Shown here in pieces: positions 27,837 through 36,524 of a DNA stretch of 64,000 bases. Every line of letters begins with the position of its first letter. Positions within the stretch are counted from its first letter, which is position 1. Under the pieces are notes generated by a model. It was given only the letters and a program-made list of their open reading frames with translations. It was not told where the DNA came from and made no database searches. The position numbers and the translations under genes were made by a program. Source of the DNA: Myxococcota bacterium (GTDB lineage: Bacteria > Myxococcota_A > UBA9160 > UBA6930); assembly GCA_965223705.1 (NCBI GenBank), contig OZ245015.1, positions 2,400,001 to 2,464,000 on the forward strand, in the 5' to 3' direction.

Positions 27837-28688
27837 ATGGATATCGGCGTGATGATCTTCCCCACCGACAAGTCGATGCAACCCATCCCCCTGGCCAAGG
27901 CCTGCGAGGAGCGCGGCTTCGAATCCCTTTGGTTCCCTGAGCACAGCCACATTCCGACGAGTCGCGAGACGCCTTGGGGTGGCCGCGAGGGTGCACCTCC
28001 GCTGCCCGAGGAGTACTGGCGGACCCACGATCAGTTCGTCGCGCTGGCTGCGTGCGCCGCGGTGACGGAGAAGCTGAAGCTCGGCACCGGGATCACCCTC
28101 GTTTCGCAGCGCGATCCGATCTGGCTCGCCAAGGAAGTGGCGAGCCTCGACATGATCTCGAACGGCCGCTTCCAGTTCGGCATCGGCTACGGCTGGTGCA
28201 AAGAAGAGATGCGCAACCACGGGCTCGATTACGGCAAGCGGCGCGACATCCTCCGCGAGAACATCCTGCTCTGCAAAGAGCTTTGGACGAAGGACCAGGC
28301 GGCGTACAGCGGCTCGCACACGAAGTTCGAAGAGAGCTGGGCATGGCCCAAGCCCGCGCAGAAGCCCCACCCGCCCGTCATCATGGGCGGCGCCATCGGG
28401 CCGAAGACGTGCCAACACGTGGTCGAATTCTGCGACGGGTGGATGCCCATCGGCGGCGCGCACAACATCCCCAAGGGTTGGAAGATGCTCGAGCAGGCTT
28501 GCAAAGAGGCCGGCCGAGACATCAGCACCCTCGAGCTCGGGGTGTTCTACGGCGCCCCCGTCCCCGTGAGCGAGGACGACCTCAAGGGCTTCGCCGATCT
28601 CGGCGCGAAGCGCGTCGTGCTAGGCCTACCCTCGGCGCCGGAATCGAAGGTCATGCCCAAGCTCGACGAGTACGCAAAGCACCTCTAG
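27837..28688 (+). CDS. LLM class F420-dependent oxidoreductase
   Basis: PEHSHIPTSRETP, RDPIWLAKEVASLD, WPKPAQKPHPP; GAGGAG SD. Confidence 0.92.
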   Translation: MDIGVMIFPTDKSMQPIPLAKACEERGFESLWFPEHSHIPTSRETPWGGREGAPPLPEEYWRTHDQFVALAACAAVTEKLKLGTGITLVSQRDPIWLAKEVASLDMISNGRFQFGIGYGWCKEEMRNHGLDYGKRRDILRENILLCKELWTKDQAAYSGSHTKFEESWAWPKPAQKPHPPVIMGGAIGPKTCQHVVEFCDGWMPIGGAHNIPKGWKMLEQACKEAGRDISTLELGVFYGAPVPVSEDDLKGFADLGAKRVVLGLPSAPESKVMPKLDEYAKHL

Positions 28689-29593
28689 GGAGCGGCGATC
28701 GCGGACTCGAGCGAGGCGTGGACGCGTCTGTGCCACGCGAAGTCTGGCTCCCCGAGACAGACCAGGTCGTGGCCCGCCCGAAGAGCAGCGGCCGCCGCGT
28801 CGTCATCTCCGGCGAGAGCGCCCATCTCGAGGGCGTCGGTGATGACCCGGCCTCGGAAGCCGAGTCCGCCTCGCAACAGATGTCGGACGATCCGGTCGGA
28901 GAACGTCGCCGGGCGCTCGTCGGTATCCGCGACGACGAGGTGCGTCGTCATGACGAGAGGCGCGCCAGCCGCAATCCCCACGCGAAACGGGACCAACGAC
29001 TCGGGTCGAATCGGTCCGTCGATCCGTGCCAGCGCCTCGTGAGGATCGTTCGCCGCGCCCCCTAGGCCCGGGAAGTGCTTCAGCGTGGGCCACACGCCAC
29101 CGCGCAGATAGCCGGCGACGCTCGCCCCGACGAGTGCGGCCACAATCGATGGCTCGGTCCCGAAGCAGCGCTCGCGAAGCGCCGGGTTTTGCGGGTCCGC
29201 ACCGAGATCCGCGACCGGCGCGAAGTTCACGTCGACGCCGAGCGCGCGGAGCTCTCGACCAGCCGCCTCGCAGCGTCGCTCGACGTCGCGAAGCGACGCC
29301 TCGAGATCGACGCAGGCGCGCTCGCCGAGCTCCGCGGCCGACGGCATCTCACTCACCCCGCAGCCGAAGCGTTGAATGCGGCCGCCCTCTTGGTCGACGG
29401 CTATGTGCAGCTCGCCACGAGACAGGCGTCGAAGTTCCGCACAGAGATCAACGACTTGTGAACGATTTACGATATTTCGCTCGAAGAGAATGATGCCACC
29501 TGGCTCGACCGTCTCCAGATGCCGACGGGTGGCCTCGTCGACGCGCGGCCCGGGAATCCCGATCCACAGACGTTCTCCGACTCGTTCCCTCAT
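28685..29593 (-). CDS. nagZ: Beta-N-acetylhexosaminidase (GH3)
   Basis: GGIILFERN, AVDQEGGRIQR, KHFPGLG....DPH, ITDALEM. Confidence 0.85.
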   Translation of the reverse strand: MRERVGERLWIGIPGPRVDEATRRHLETVEPGGIILFERNIVNRSQVVDLCAELRRLSRGELHIAVDQEGGRIQRFGCGVSEMPSAAELGERACVDLEASLRDVERRCEAAGRELRALGVDVNFAPVADLGADPQNPALRERCFGTEPSIVAALVGASVAGYLRGGVWPTLKHFPGLGGAANDPHEALARIDGPIRPESLVPFRVGIAAGAPLVMTTHLVVADTDERPATFSDRIVRHLLRGGLGFRGRVITDALEMGALAGDDDAAAAALRAGHDLVCLGEPDFAWHRRVHASLESAIAAP

Positions 29594-31083
29594 GCCCCTT
29601 CCCCACGAGTTGCGGCCGCCACGACGAAGGCGATGGTCGCCGCAATCGGAATCCACCAAGGCCACGCCACAACCGTCGTTTCGGCCCAACCGAGCGCACG
29701 GAACAGCGGGACTTGGAGGAACAACAGCGCGCCGACGAAAGCGCCGCTGGCCAAGCCGGCGAGCGCGCTCGCTTCACCTCCCCTCGTGCGCGTCGAAATG
29801 CCGAGCGCAAAAACGCCGAGGAGCCCGCCGTACACAATCGTCATGGCAGAGAGCGCCAGCTCGACGAGGTTGATAGCCCCGCCGAGCCCGTGTTCCGCGT
29901 ACGCGGCCATTCCGAGCGCCGTCGCTACGAGACCGCTCGTCACCCACACCGAGGCTGTCCGCGTGCGGCGCCGCGAATGTTCTTTCGCCGGCGCGAGATC
30001 TCGCAGCATGCTCGCGACGATCGCGCAGATTGCCGAGTCGAGACTCGACATCGCCGCGGCGAAAACGCCCGCGAAGACCAGGCCGCGTGCACCGACGGCC
30101 AATTCGTGGCGCGCGAAGAATGCCAGTACGCTGCGACCGTCACCCAGCGGTGTCGCAGCGACCTCGGCATTCGCATAGAACCACGCGAGGCCCGTCCCGA
30201 TCGATAGGAAGAGAAGCGTCAAGGGGAGGTTCAGCACCGCGGACGCCAGGAGAGCACGTCCCCCCCGCCTGCCGTCCGGCGCCGCGAGAAGGCGCTGCAC
30301 CATGTCGTGATCCGTCGCGTGGGTGGCCAGAGTGAGAAAACAGCCGCCGATGAGCGCGGCCCAGAGACTCCGACCATCGCTCAAAAAGTCGGCGAGCCCG
30401 TCGAACCCGGGGAGTGAGAAGACCCTCGTTCGGTCGCCCGTAGCGGCCCATTCCCAGGCAGCCGGCAGGCCCCCCTCGCCGCCTGAGCCGATTGCGATGA
30501 GGACGCCGCATGCCGCCGTAAGGAACACCGCGGCCTGCGCGGCGTCGGTCCACACCACGGCGCGTAGACCGCCGAGTCGCGTGTAGGTCCCGGCCAAGAG
30601 AGCGCAAGCGACGATCGTCGCAGGCAAACCGACTCCTGTGAGCACCGCAAGCGCTAGCGCTGCGATATAGAGACGGACGCCCGAGGCGAGCAGGCGGCCG
30701 CAGACGAACAAGCCGGCAGAGGCTCGCTGCACGCGAGGCCCGAAGCGCAGTCCCGCGAAGCCGTAGACGGTTTCGACACCGAGCTCGTGGTAATGCGGGA
30801 TGAACGTGCGGGAGACGATCCACTTGCCGAGCAGGGCCCCGAAAGCGAATTGGAGGTACGTCCAATCTCCGCTGTAGGCGGCATGCGGAACCCCGATGAA
30901 GGTCGCCGCCGAGAGTTCCGTCGCGACCATCGAGGCGAGTACAGCGCCCGTCGAAAGACTGCGGCCGGCGAGCATCCACTCGCTGTCCCCCTCTACGCCG
31001 TCGGTGCGGCGGGAGGCCTTCGCACCGATCCAGAGGACCAACAGCGCGTAAGCGGCCACCACCAGCCAGTCGATGGTTGTAAC
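29590..31083 (-). CDS. Sodium:solute symporter family protein (start uncertain)
   Basis: DWLVVAAY, SMVATELSAATFIG, GGLRAVVWTD, DHDMVQRLL, FAAAMSSLDS; many TM helices. Confidence 0.88.
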   Translation of the reverse strand, partial: VTTIDWLVVAAYALLVLWIGAKASRRTDGVEGDSEWMLAGRSLSTGAVLASMVATELSAATFIGVPHAAYSGDWTYLQFAFGALLGKWIVSRTFIPHYHELGVETVYGFAGLRFGPRVQRASAGLFVCGRLLASGVRLYIAALALAVLTGVGLPATIVACALLAGTYTRLGGLRAVVWTDAAQAAVFLTAACGVLIAIGSGGEGGLPAAWEWAATGDRTRVFSLPGFDGLADFLSDGRSLWAALIGGCFLTLATHATDHDMVQRLLAAPDGRRGGRALLASAVLNLPLTLLFLSIGTGLAWFYANAEVAATPLGDGRSVLAFFARHELAVGARGLVFAGVFAAAMSSLDSAICAIVASMLRDLAPAKEHSRRRTRTASVWVTSGLVATALGMAAYAEHGLGGAINLVELALSAMTIVYGGLLGVFALGISTRTRGGEASALAGLASGAFVGALLFLQVPLFRALGWAETTVVAWPWWIPIAATIAFVVAAATRGEGA

Positions 31084-31115
31084 GGTCCCCTCCTCTCTGT
31101 GCGATGCTCGCGGGC

Positions 31116-31805
31116 ATGTCGGAAGCATTCAAGGGTTTCAAGCCGAGCCTGCTCCAGTTTCTGGCGGAGCTCGAATCGAACAATGACCGCGAGTGGTTTC
31201 AGGAAAACCGCGAGCGGTACGAGAGTGACGTGCGGGAGCCGGCGCGCGCGTTTATCCGCCATATGAGCGAGCCGTTGGCGAAGATCTCGAAGCGCGTTAC
31301 CGCGAGCGACAAGAAAGTCGGCGGTTCACTGATGCGCGTTCATCGCGACTTGCGCTTCGCGAAGGACCAGCAGCCGTACAAGACCAACGTCGGCATTCAG
31401 TTTCGGCATACCGCCGGGAAAGATGTCCACGCCCCGGGCCTCTACGTCCATATCGCGCTCGATTCGTGCTTTCTCGGAGCGGGTCTGTGGCGCCCGGAGC
31501 GCGAAGCGTTGGCCGGCATTCGCAACGGCATCGCGGACCGGCCCGCCGCCTGGACGAAGCTCTGGAAAGGCAAGTCCGTCGCTGGCTGGCGCCTGGGCGG
31601 CGACACACTGAAGCGACCGCCGCGGGGCTTCGATCCCGAACATCCGCTGATCGAAGAGCTCAAGCGCAAGGACTTCATCGCGGTCTACGACCTCGATCAC
31701 GATCGGGTGCTCTCGCGCACGTTCCCGCGTTTCGTCGCCGACCGCTTCCGGAGCATGACGCCGCTCATGCGGTTCCTGTCGAAATCGATTGGACTCGACT
31801 ACTAG
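31116..31805 (+). CDS. DUF2461 / TIGR02453 family protein
   Basis: NNDREWFQENR, RVHRDLRFAKDQQPYKT, LKRPPRGF, LKRKDF. Confidence 0.9.
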   Translation: MSEAFKGFKPSLLQFLAELESNNDREWFQENRERYESDVREPARAFIRHMSEPLAKISKRVTASDKKVGGSLMRVHRDLRFAKDQQPYKTNVGIQFRHTAGKDVHAPGLYVHIALDSCFLGAGLWRPEREALAGIRNGIADRPAAWTKLWKGKSVAGWRLGGDTLKRPPRGFDPEHPLIEELKRKDFIAVYDLDHDRVLSRTFPRFVADRFRSMTPLMRFLSKSIGLDY

Positions 31806-33133
31806 CCGGCCGAAGCCCTCCGCTGTGGCCTCGGGAGCCCGAGATTTTCTCGGAGGGTCTTGCCTTCGTAGCGCGTGCGAAACAGTCCGCGTCGTTGCAG
31901 TTCGGGCACGACGCGCTCGACAAAGTCATCGAGCCCGCCGGGTAGGTACGGGAACATGATGTTGAAGCCGTCGCAGGCCTCGCCGTCGAGCCAGATCTCC
32001 ATCTCGTCCGCGATGGACTGCGGCGTTCCGACCATTTCGAGGGTTCCGAAGCTCCCTCCGACGCGCTGCGCGAGCTCGCGGACCGTCTTGCCGTGCCGCT
32101 CGCTCAGCTCGACCAGCTTGGCCCGGGAGGAGCGGCTCGCATTCGATTCCGGGATCTCCGGCAACGGCGCATCGAGATCGAACCCCGAGGCGTCGTGTCC
32201 GAGGAGCACGGAGAGCGTCGCGATGCCGCTATCCGGGTGCACGAGTCGATCGAGTTGCTCTTTCTTCGCCTGCGCTTCCGAAACCGAATCGCCGACAACG
32301 ACGAAGCATCCGGGCAAGATCTTCAAGTGGTCGCGCTCTCTTCCCACGGCCTCGAGGCGCGCCTTCACGTCCGCGTAGTAGGCCTTCCCCGCCTCGAGCT
32401 GGCTGCTCGAACCGAACACCACCTCCGCCGTCTCAGCGGCCAGCTGACGGCCGGCTTCGGATGCGCCCGCCTGGACGATGACGGGCCACCCCTGGATCGG
32501 ACGAGCGACGTTGAGTGCACCGTGCACAGAAAAATGAGCACCCTCGTGATCCAACGGATGAAGCTTTTCCGGATCGAAGAAGATTCCGGAGTCTTGGTTT
32601 CGAAGAAACGCGTCGTCCGCCCAGCTGTCCCAGAGGCCCGTGACAACGTCGAAGAACTCGCGCCCCCGCCGGTAGCGCTCGTCGTGTTCCAAATGTTCTT
32701 TTCGGCCGAAGTTTCGCGCTTCATCGGGGTTCGCCGATGTGACGAGGTTCCACCCCGCGCGGCCACCGCTCAAGTGATCGAGCGACGCGAACTTGCGGGC
32801 GATGTGATACGGATCGTTATACGTCGTCGATGCGGTCGCCAAGAGACCGATGTGCTCGGTCAGAGCGGCGAGCGCGGGTAGCAAGGTGAGCGGATCGAAG
32901 GACGTCACCGTGGCACTGCGCTTGAGTGCCGCCATCGGCATGTTCATCAGCGCGAGGTGGTCCGCCAGAAAGATCGCATCGAAACACCCGCGCTCGAGGG
33001 TTTCCGCGAAACGCCGCTGATGGGCGAAGTTGAAATTCGCGTCGCTGAACGCGCCGGGGAAGCGCCAGCCGGCGGTGTGAATACTGGCGGGGCGGAGAAA
33101 TGCCCCGAGCTTGAGCTGTCGCCTCTCGCTCAT
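31802..33133 (-). CDS. NtaA/DszA family FMNH2-dependent monooxygenase (LLM)
   Basis: FDAIFLAD, TASTTYNDPYHIARKFASLDHLSGGRAGWNLVTS, QAGASEAG, VPELQRRG..TLRENLGL. Confidence 0.93.
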   Translation of the reverse strand: MSERRQLKLGAFLRPASIHTAGWRFPGAFSDANFNFAHQRRFAETLERGCFDAIFLADHLALMNMPMAALKRSATVTSFDPLTLLPALAALTEHIGLLATASTTYNDPYHIARKFASLDHLSGGRAGWNLVTSANPDEARNFGRKEHLEHDERYRRGREFFDVVTGLWDSWADDAFLRNQDSGIFFDPEKLHPLDHEGAHFSVHGALNVARPIQGWPVIVQAGASEAGRQLAAETAEVVFGSSSQLEAGKAYYADVKARLEAVGRERDHLKILPGCFVVVGDSVSEAQAKKEQLDRLVHPDSGIATLSVLLGHDASGFDLDAPLPEIPESNASRSSRAKLVELSERHGKTVRELAQRVGGSFGTLEMVGTPQSIADEMEIWLDGEACDGFNIMFPYLPGGLDDFVERVVPELQRRGLFRTRYEGKTLRENLGLPRPQRRASAG

Positions 33134-33175
33134 GGAAGCCAAGATAGGCGGATGCGCATGAAGTAGCATGCGCGG
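33134..33175. promoter_or_regulatory. Divergent leaderless promoters with inverted repeat
   Basis: Minus TATCTT is 7 nt from ATG 33133; plus TAGCAT is 6 nt from GTG 33176. Inverted repeat GCGCATG-N6-CATGCGC at 33154-33173. Confidence 0.5.
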
Positions 33176-33649
33176 GTGAGCACCGAAGCTGGCGTCGGCG
33201 TTTTCCCCGTGGGTCACTGGCACGACGGCCCGGATGTCGTACCGATGGACTGGGATCGGCTCGAGCCGGGCGAGGTGTTGCCCACCGTGCCCTGGCGATT
33301 CGAGCCGTTTGAAAACGCGATCTTGTCCTTTTTCTCGGAGCTGCGGCATCCGCGCTACCTGACGGATCAGCCGGCGACGGCTCTTCCCGTCGTGGCGCTG
33401 TGGGCTTCGTTCAGCCATCTCGCCAGCCGCTATCGGTTGGGCCCGATCATCGACGTCGAGCACGCCTTCCGGTTTCACCGCCGTTTGATCCCCGGAGAGT
33501 CCACCGAGCTCTCCGGCGCGATCACGGACAAGTACGAACGGAAAGGCCGCTACTACATCGCCTGGCACACGCACTGCACCGGCGACCGCGACGATACGAT
33601 TTTCGATTTCGATCACACGGTGATCGATCTGCGCGAGCCGAGCTCATGA
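33176..33649 (+). CDS. MaoC-like hotdog-fold protein
   Basis: EHAFRFHRRLIPGE..LSGAITDKYERKGRYYI hotdog strands. Confidence 0.7.
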   Translation: MSTEAGVGVFPVGHWHDGPDVVPMDWDRLEPGEVLPTVPWRFEPFENAILSFFSELRHPRYLTDQPATALPVVALWASFSHLASRYRLGPIIDVEHAFRFHRRLIPGESTELSGAITDKYERKGRYYIAWHTHCTGDRDDTIFDFDHTVIDLREPSS

Positions 33650-34029
33650 GTGACGGACGAGAATTGGTCACGCGCGAAATCGAATGCTTTCTCGGCTGGT
33701 CGCGGAGAAACGTCTATCCGCCGCACCCCAACATTCACACCGATCACGATTTCGCCCGGGCTCGCGGTTTCCCGGGCGCGATCATGTCTGCGTCCCAGGT
33801 GGTGCCGCACCTTCACGAAGCCCTGATCGACGCCGTGGGCGAGGCCGCCTTCTTCGGCGGCGGCACGCACCTTCGCTACAAGATGATCCGGCCGGTGGCC
33901 TCCGAGGGCCGGGCGACGGTGCGCGTCCTTGCCGGCGACGCGCCCGGCACCCTGGAGCTCCGCGTCGAAGACGAGAATGGCCAGATCTGTATCGTCGGCG
34001 AGGCGATCGTCGAGAACGAACCGGTCTAG
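33646..34029 (+). CDS. MaoC family dehydratase
   Basis: NIHTDHDFARARGFPGAIM, YKMIRPV; ATGA coupled to the previous gene. Confidence 0.8.
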   Translation: MSDGRELVTREIECFLGWSRRNVYPPHPNIHTDHDFARARGFPGAIMSASQVVPHLHEALIDAVGEAAFFGGGTHLRYKMIRPVASEGRATVRVLAGDAPGTLELRVEDENGQICIVGEAIVENEPV

Positions 34030-34814
34030 CGACCTGTCCACGAGGGCTTGCGCTTCTCGACGAACGCCGCGATTCCCTCGCGCCCGTCCGCCGTACCCAT
34101 CGCCCGGGTGATGACGACACCTTCGAGCTCCCCCGCTTGCTCGAGCGGCGCGTCGTAGCCGGCGTAGATCAGGTTCTTCGCGTTCCCCAGCGCCCACGCC
34201 GGGCCGTCGGCGAGCTGTTGTGCGAGCGCCGCGGCAGCGCCATCGACCTCGGCGTCCGGTACCACGCGGTTCACGAGCCCCCAGGCTTCGGCCTCTTGCG
34301 CGGACAGCACCCGGTTGGTCAGGGTGAGGTCGAGCATGCGCCGAAGGCCGATGTGTCGCGCCAAGAAGTAGGTCGAGGTTCCGTCGGGCGTCACGCCAGC
34401 GCGGGTGTAGGCCATCGTGTATTTCGCGCTCTCGCCACTGACGACGAGATCAAACGAGCTCACGAGGGAGAGGCCCGCTCCGCCGGCGGCGCCGTTGACG
34501 CCCGCCACGAAGGGCTTGGGCATGCGGTTCATCTTGTAGATGGCGCCGTGGAAGTCCGTGAGCATATCGCTCGCCAACCGCGGCAGACCGTCGCCGGCGG
34601 CGTAGAATTCCTTGAGATCGCCTCCCGCCGAGAACACCTTCCCCTCGGCGGTCACGGAAGCAGCCCGCACATCGTCGTCCCATTCGATCTCGAGCATCAC
34701 CTGGCGGAGGTCGCGCGAAAACGCGGGGCTCACGGCGTTGGCGCCTTCCGGGCGGGCGAAGCGAACGTGTGCCACGCCGTCGCGAACTTCGTAGTGAATC
34801 GTGTCGAGCTCCAT
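34026..34814 (-). CDS. Enoyl-CoA hydratase/isomerase
   Basis: FSAGGDL, VNGAAGGAG, EAEAWGLVNRVV, EGIAAFVEKRKP. Confidence 0.93.
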   Translation of the reverse strand: MELDTIHYEVRDGVAHVRFARPEGANAVSPAFSRDLRQVMLEIEWDDDVRAASVTAEGKVFSAGGDLKEFYAAGDGLPRLASDMLTDFHGAIYKMNRMPKPFVAGVNGAAGGAGLSLVSSFDLVVSGESAKYTMAYTRAGVTPDGTSTYFLARHIGLRRMLDLTLTNRVLSAQEAEAWGLVNRVVPDAEVDGAAAALAQQLADGPAWALGNAKNLIYAGYDAPLEQAGELEGVVITRAMGTADGREGIAAFVEKRKPSWTGR

Positions 34815-34897
34815 AGCGGCTCCCTCGTTTGGTGTTCGGGTCGGGATTGAAGCACATTCCCGGAACGGCGGGCTCGCCGAGTTTCCGAGGAGATGTG

Positions 34898-35692
34898 ATG
34901 GACCCGATTGCCAAGATGAAAGAAGCCGCACGCGCGGGCTGGTCGAGCTTCGGCCCCTTCGAGATGACCACCGGCCTCGTCGCACCGAAACTCGTCACTT
35001 TCGCCGGGGTTCGGAGCGGCACGGACGTGCTCGACGCGGGCTGCGGCACGGGTGTCGTCGCCGTGACGGCTGCGCGCGTCGGGGCTCGGGTCAAGGGACT
35101 CGACCTCACTCCGCCCCTCATCAAACGCGCGCGGGAAAACGCCGAGATCGCGGAGCTCGAGATCGAGTTCACCGAAGGCGACGTCGAAGCGCTGCCCTAC
35201 CCCGACGCTTCCTTCGACATGGTCCTGAGCCAATTCGGCCACATGTTCGGCCCGCGCCCGGACGTGACGACGGCAGAACTCCTCCGCGTGCTCCGGCCCG
35301 GCGGCACCATCGCCTTCTCCACCTGGCCGCCTGACGTCTTTACCGGGCGGATGTTCGCGCTCCTCGGCCGCTACGGCCCACCGCCGCCCGAGGGCGCGAG
35401 CCCGCCGGTCCAGTGGGGCGATCCGAACATCGTCGCCGAGCGGTTGGGCGATCGCGTGCGCGATCTCGTGTTCGATCGCGCGCGATTGCGGCTACCTGGC
35501 CTCTCGCCACGGCACGTACGTGCGTTCTTCGAGCAGAACATCGGTCCGATCGAGATCCTGATGGCACAACTCGAAGCCACCCCCGAAAAGCTCGACGCGT
35601 TTCGTGCGGAGCTGTTGGCGCTGATCGAGCTCTATTTCGAAGACAACCGCGTTCGACAGGATTTCTTGATGACCCGCGCCGTGAAGCGCTGA
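34898..35692 (+). CDS. Class I SAM-dependent methyltransferase
   Basis: VLDAGCGTG, GDVEALPYPDASFD, LRVLRPGG; GAGGAG SD. Confidence 0.92.
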   Translation: MDPIAKMKEAARAGWSSFGPFEMTTGLVAPKLVTFAGVRSGTDVLDAGCGTGVVAVTAARVGARVKGLDLTPPLIKRARENAEIAELEIEFTEGDVEALPYPDASFDMVLSQFGHMFGPRPDVTTAELLRVLRPGGTIAFSTWPPDVFTGRMFALLGRYGPPPPEGASPPVQWGDPNIVAERLGDRVRDLVFDRARLRLPGLSPRHVRAFFEQNIGPIEILMAQLEATPEKLDAFRAELLALIELYFEDNRVRQDFLMTRAVKR

Positions 35693-35711
35693 TCCGCCCG
35701 CCGCGCGGGTG

Positions 35712-36524
35712 CTAGTCCGCGAAGGCGTTCGGGTAGAAGAGTTGCTCCCCGCCGACGCGAAACGCGGCGATGGCCGCCTGCCCGTCGGGACCGACCAGCC
35801 AGTCGATGAGCTGCTGGCCTTCGCTGGCCTTGACCCAGACGTGCCGCTCGGGATTCACCAGAATCACGCCGTAGGGGTTGAAGAGCTCCGGATCCCCCTC
35901 GAAGAGGATTTCGAAGTCCTGCTTGTTCTTGAAGCTCAGCCACGTACCGCGGTCGGTCAGCGCGTAGGCCTGCATGCCGATCGCCACATTGAGGGTGGCC
36001 CCCATCCCCGAGCCCGTCTCGCGGTACCAGGCACCGCTCGACGCTTCGGGATCGATGCCAGCCGCGGCCCAGAGCGCTTGTTCCTTGCGGTGGGTTCCGC
36101 TGTCGTCCCCGCGCGATGCGAACAGCGCTCGTGTCTCGGCAATTCGCCCGAGTGCCCGCTTCGCCGTGCTCGCTTCGCGAAGGCCCGCCGGGTCGCCCAC
36201 GGGACCGACGATGATGAAGTCGTTGTACATCACCGGGAAACGCTCCACACCGTGGCCCGCGGCGACGAACGCCTCCTCTGCGGAAAGCGCATGGACCAAC
36301 AGCACGTCGCCGTCGCCGCGCTCGCCGGCGCGAAGCGCTTCTCCCGTGCCCCGCGCGACGACACGGACTTCGATACCCGTCTTCTCGGTGAAGCGCGGCA
36401 ACAAGTCCGCGAGGAGGCCGGAGTTCTCGGTGGACGTGGTGCTGAGGAGGAGCAGCGGTTTCTCGGCGCCCCAACCGACTTGTGCGCAACATACGATTAG
36501 AACGGCCCACAGGATCGCTCTCAA
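35712..36524 (-). CDS. tupA: Tungstate ABC transporter substrate-binding protein
   Basis: STTSTENSGLL, GTGEAL, MYNDFIIVGP, SRGDDSGTH, GMGATL, LTDRGTW; signal peptide. Confidence 0.88.
   Translation of the reverse strand: MRAILWAVLIVCCAQVGWGAEKPLLLLSTTSTENSGLLADLLPRFTEKTGIEVRVVARGTGEALRAGERGDGDVLLVHALSAEEAFVAAGHGVERFPVMYNDFIIVGPVGDPAGLREASTAKRALGRIAETRALFASRGDDSGTHRKEQALWAAAGIDPEASSGAWYRETGSGMGATLNVAIGMQAYALTDRGTWLSFKNKQDFEILFEGDPELFNPYGVILVNPERHVWVKASEGQQLIDWLVGPDGQAAIAAFRVGGEQLFYPNAFAD

Noticed and set aside
33134..33616. N-terminal extensions of NtaA (to 33616), AlkA (to 20682) and Rieske 1 (to 12307)
   Set aside because: They overlap other credible genes, and family homology begins at the downstream starts.
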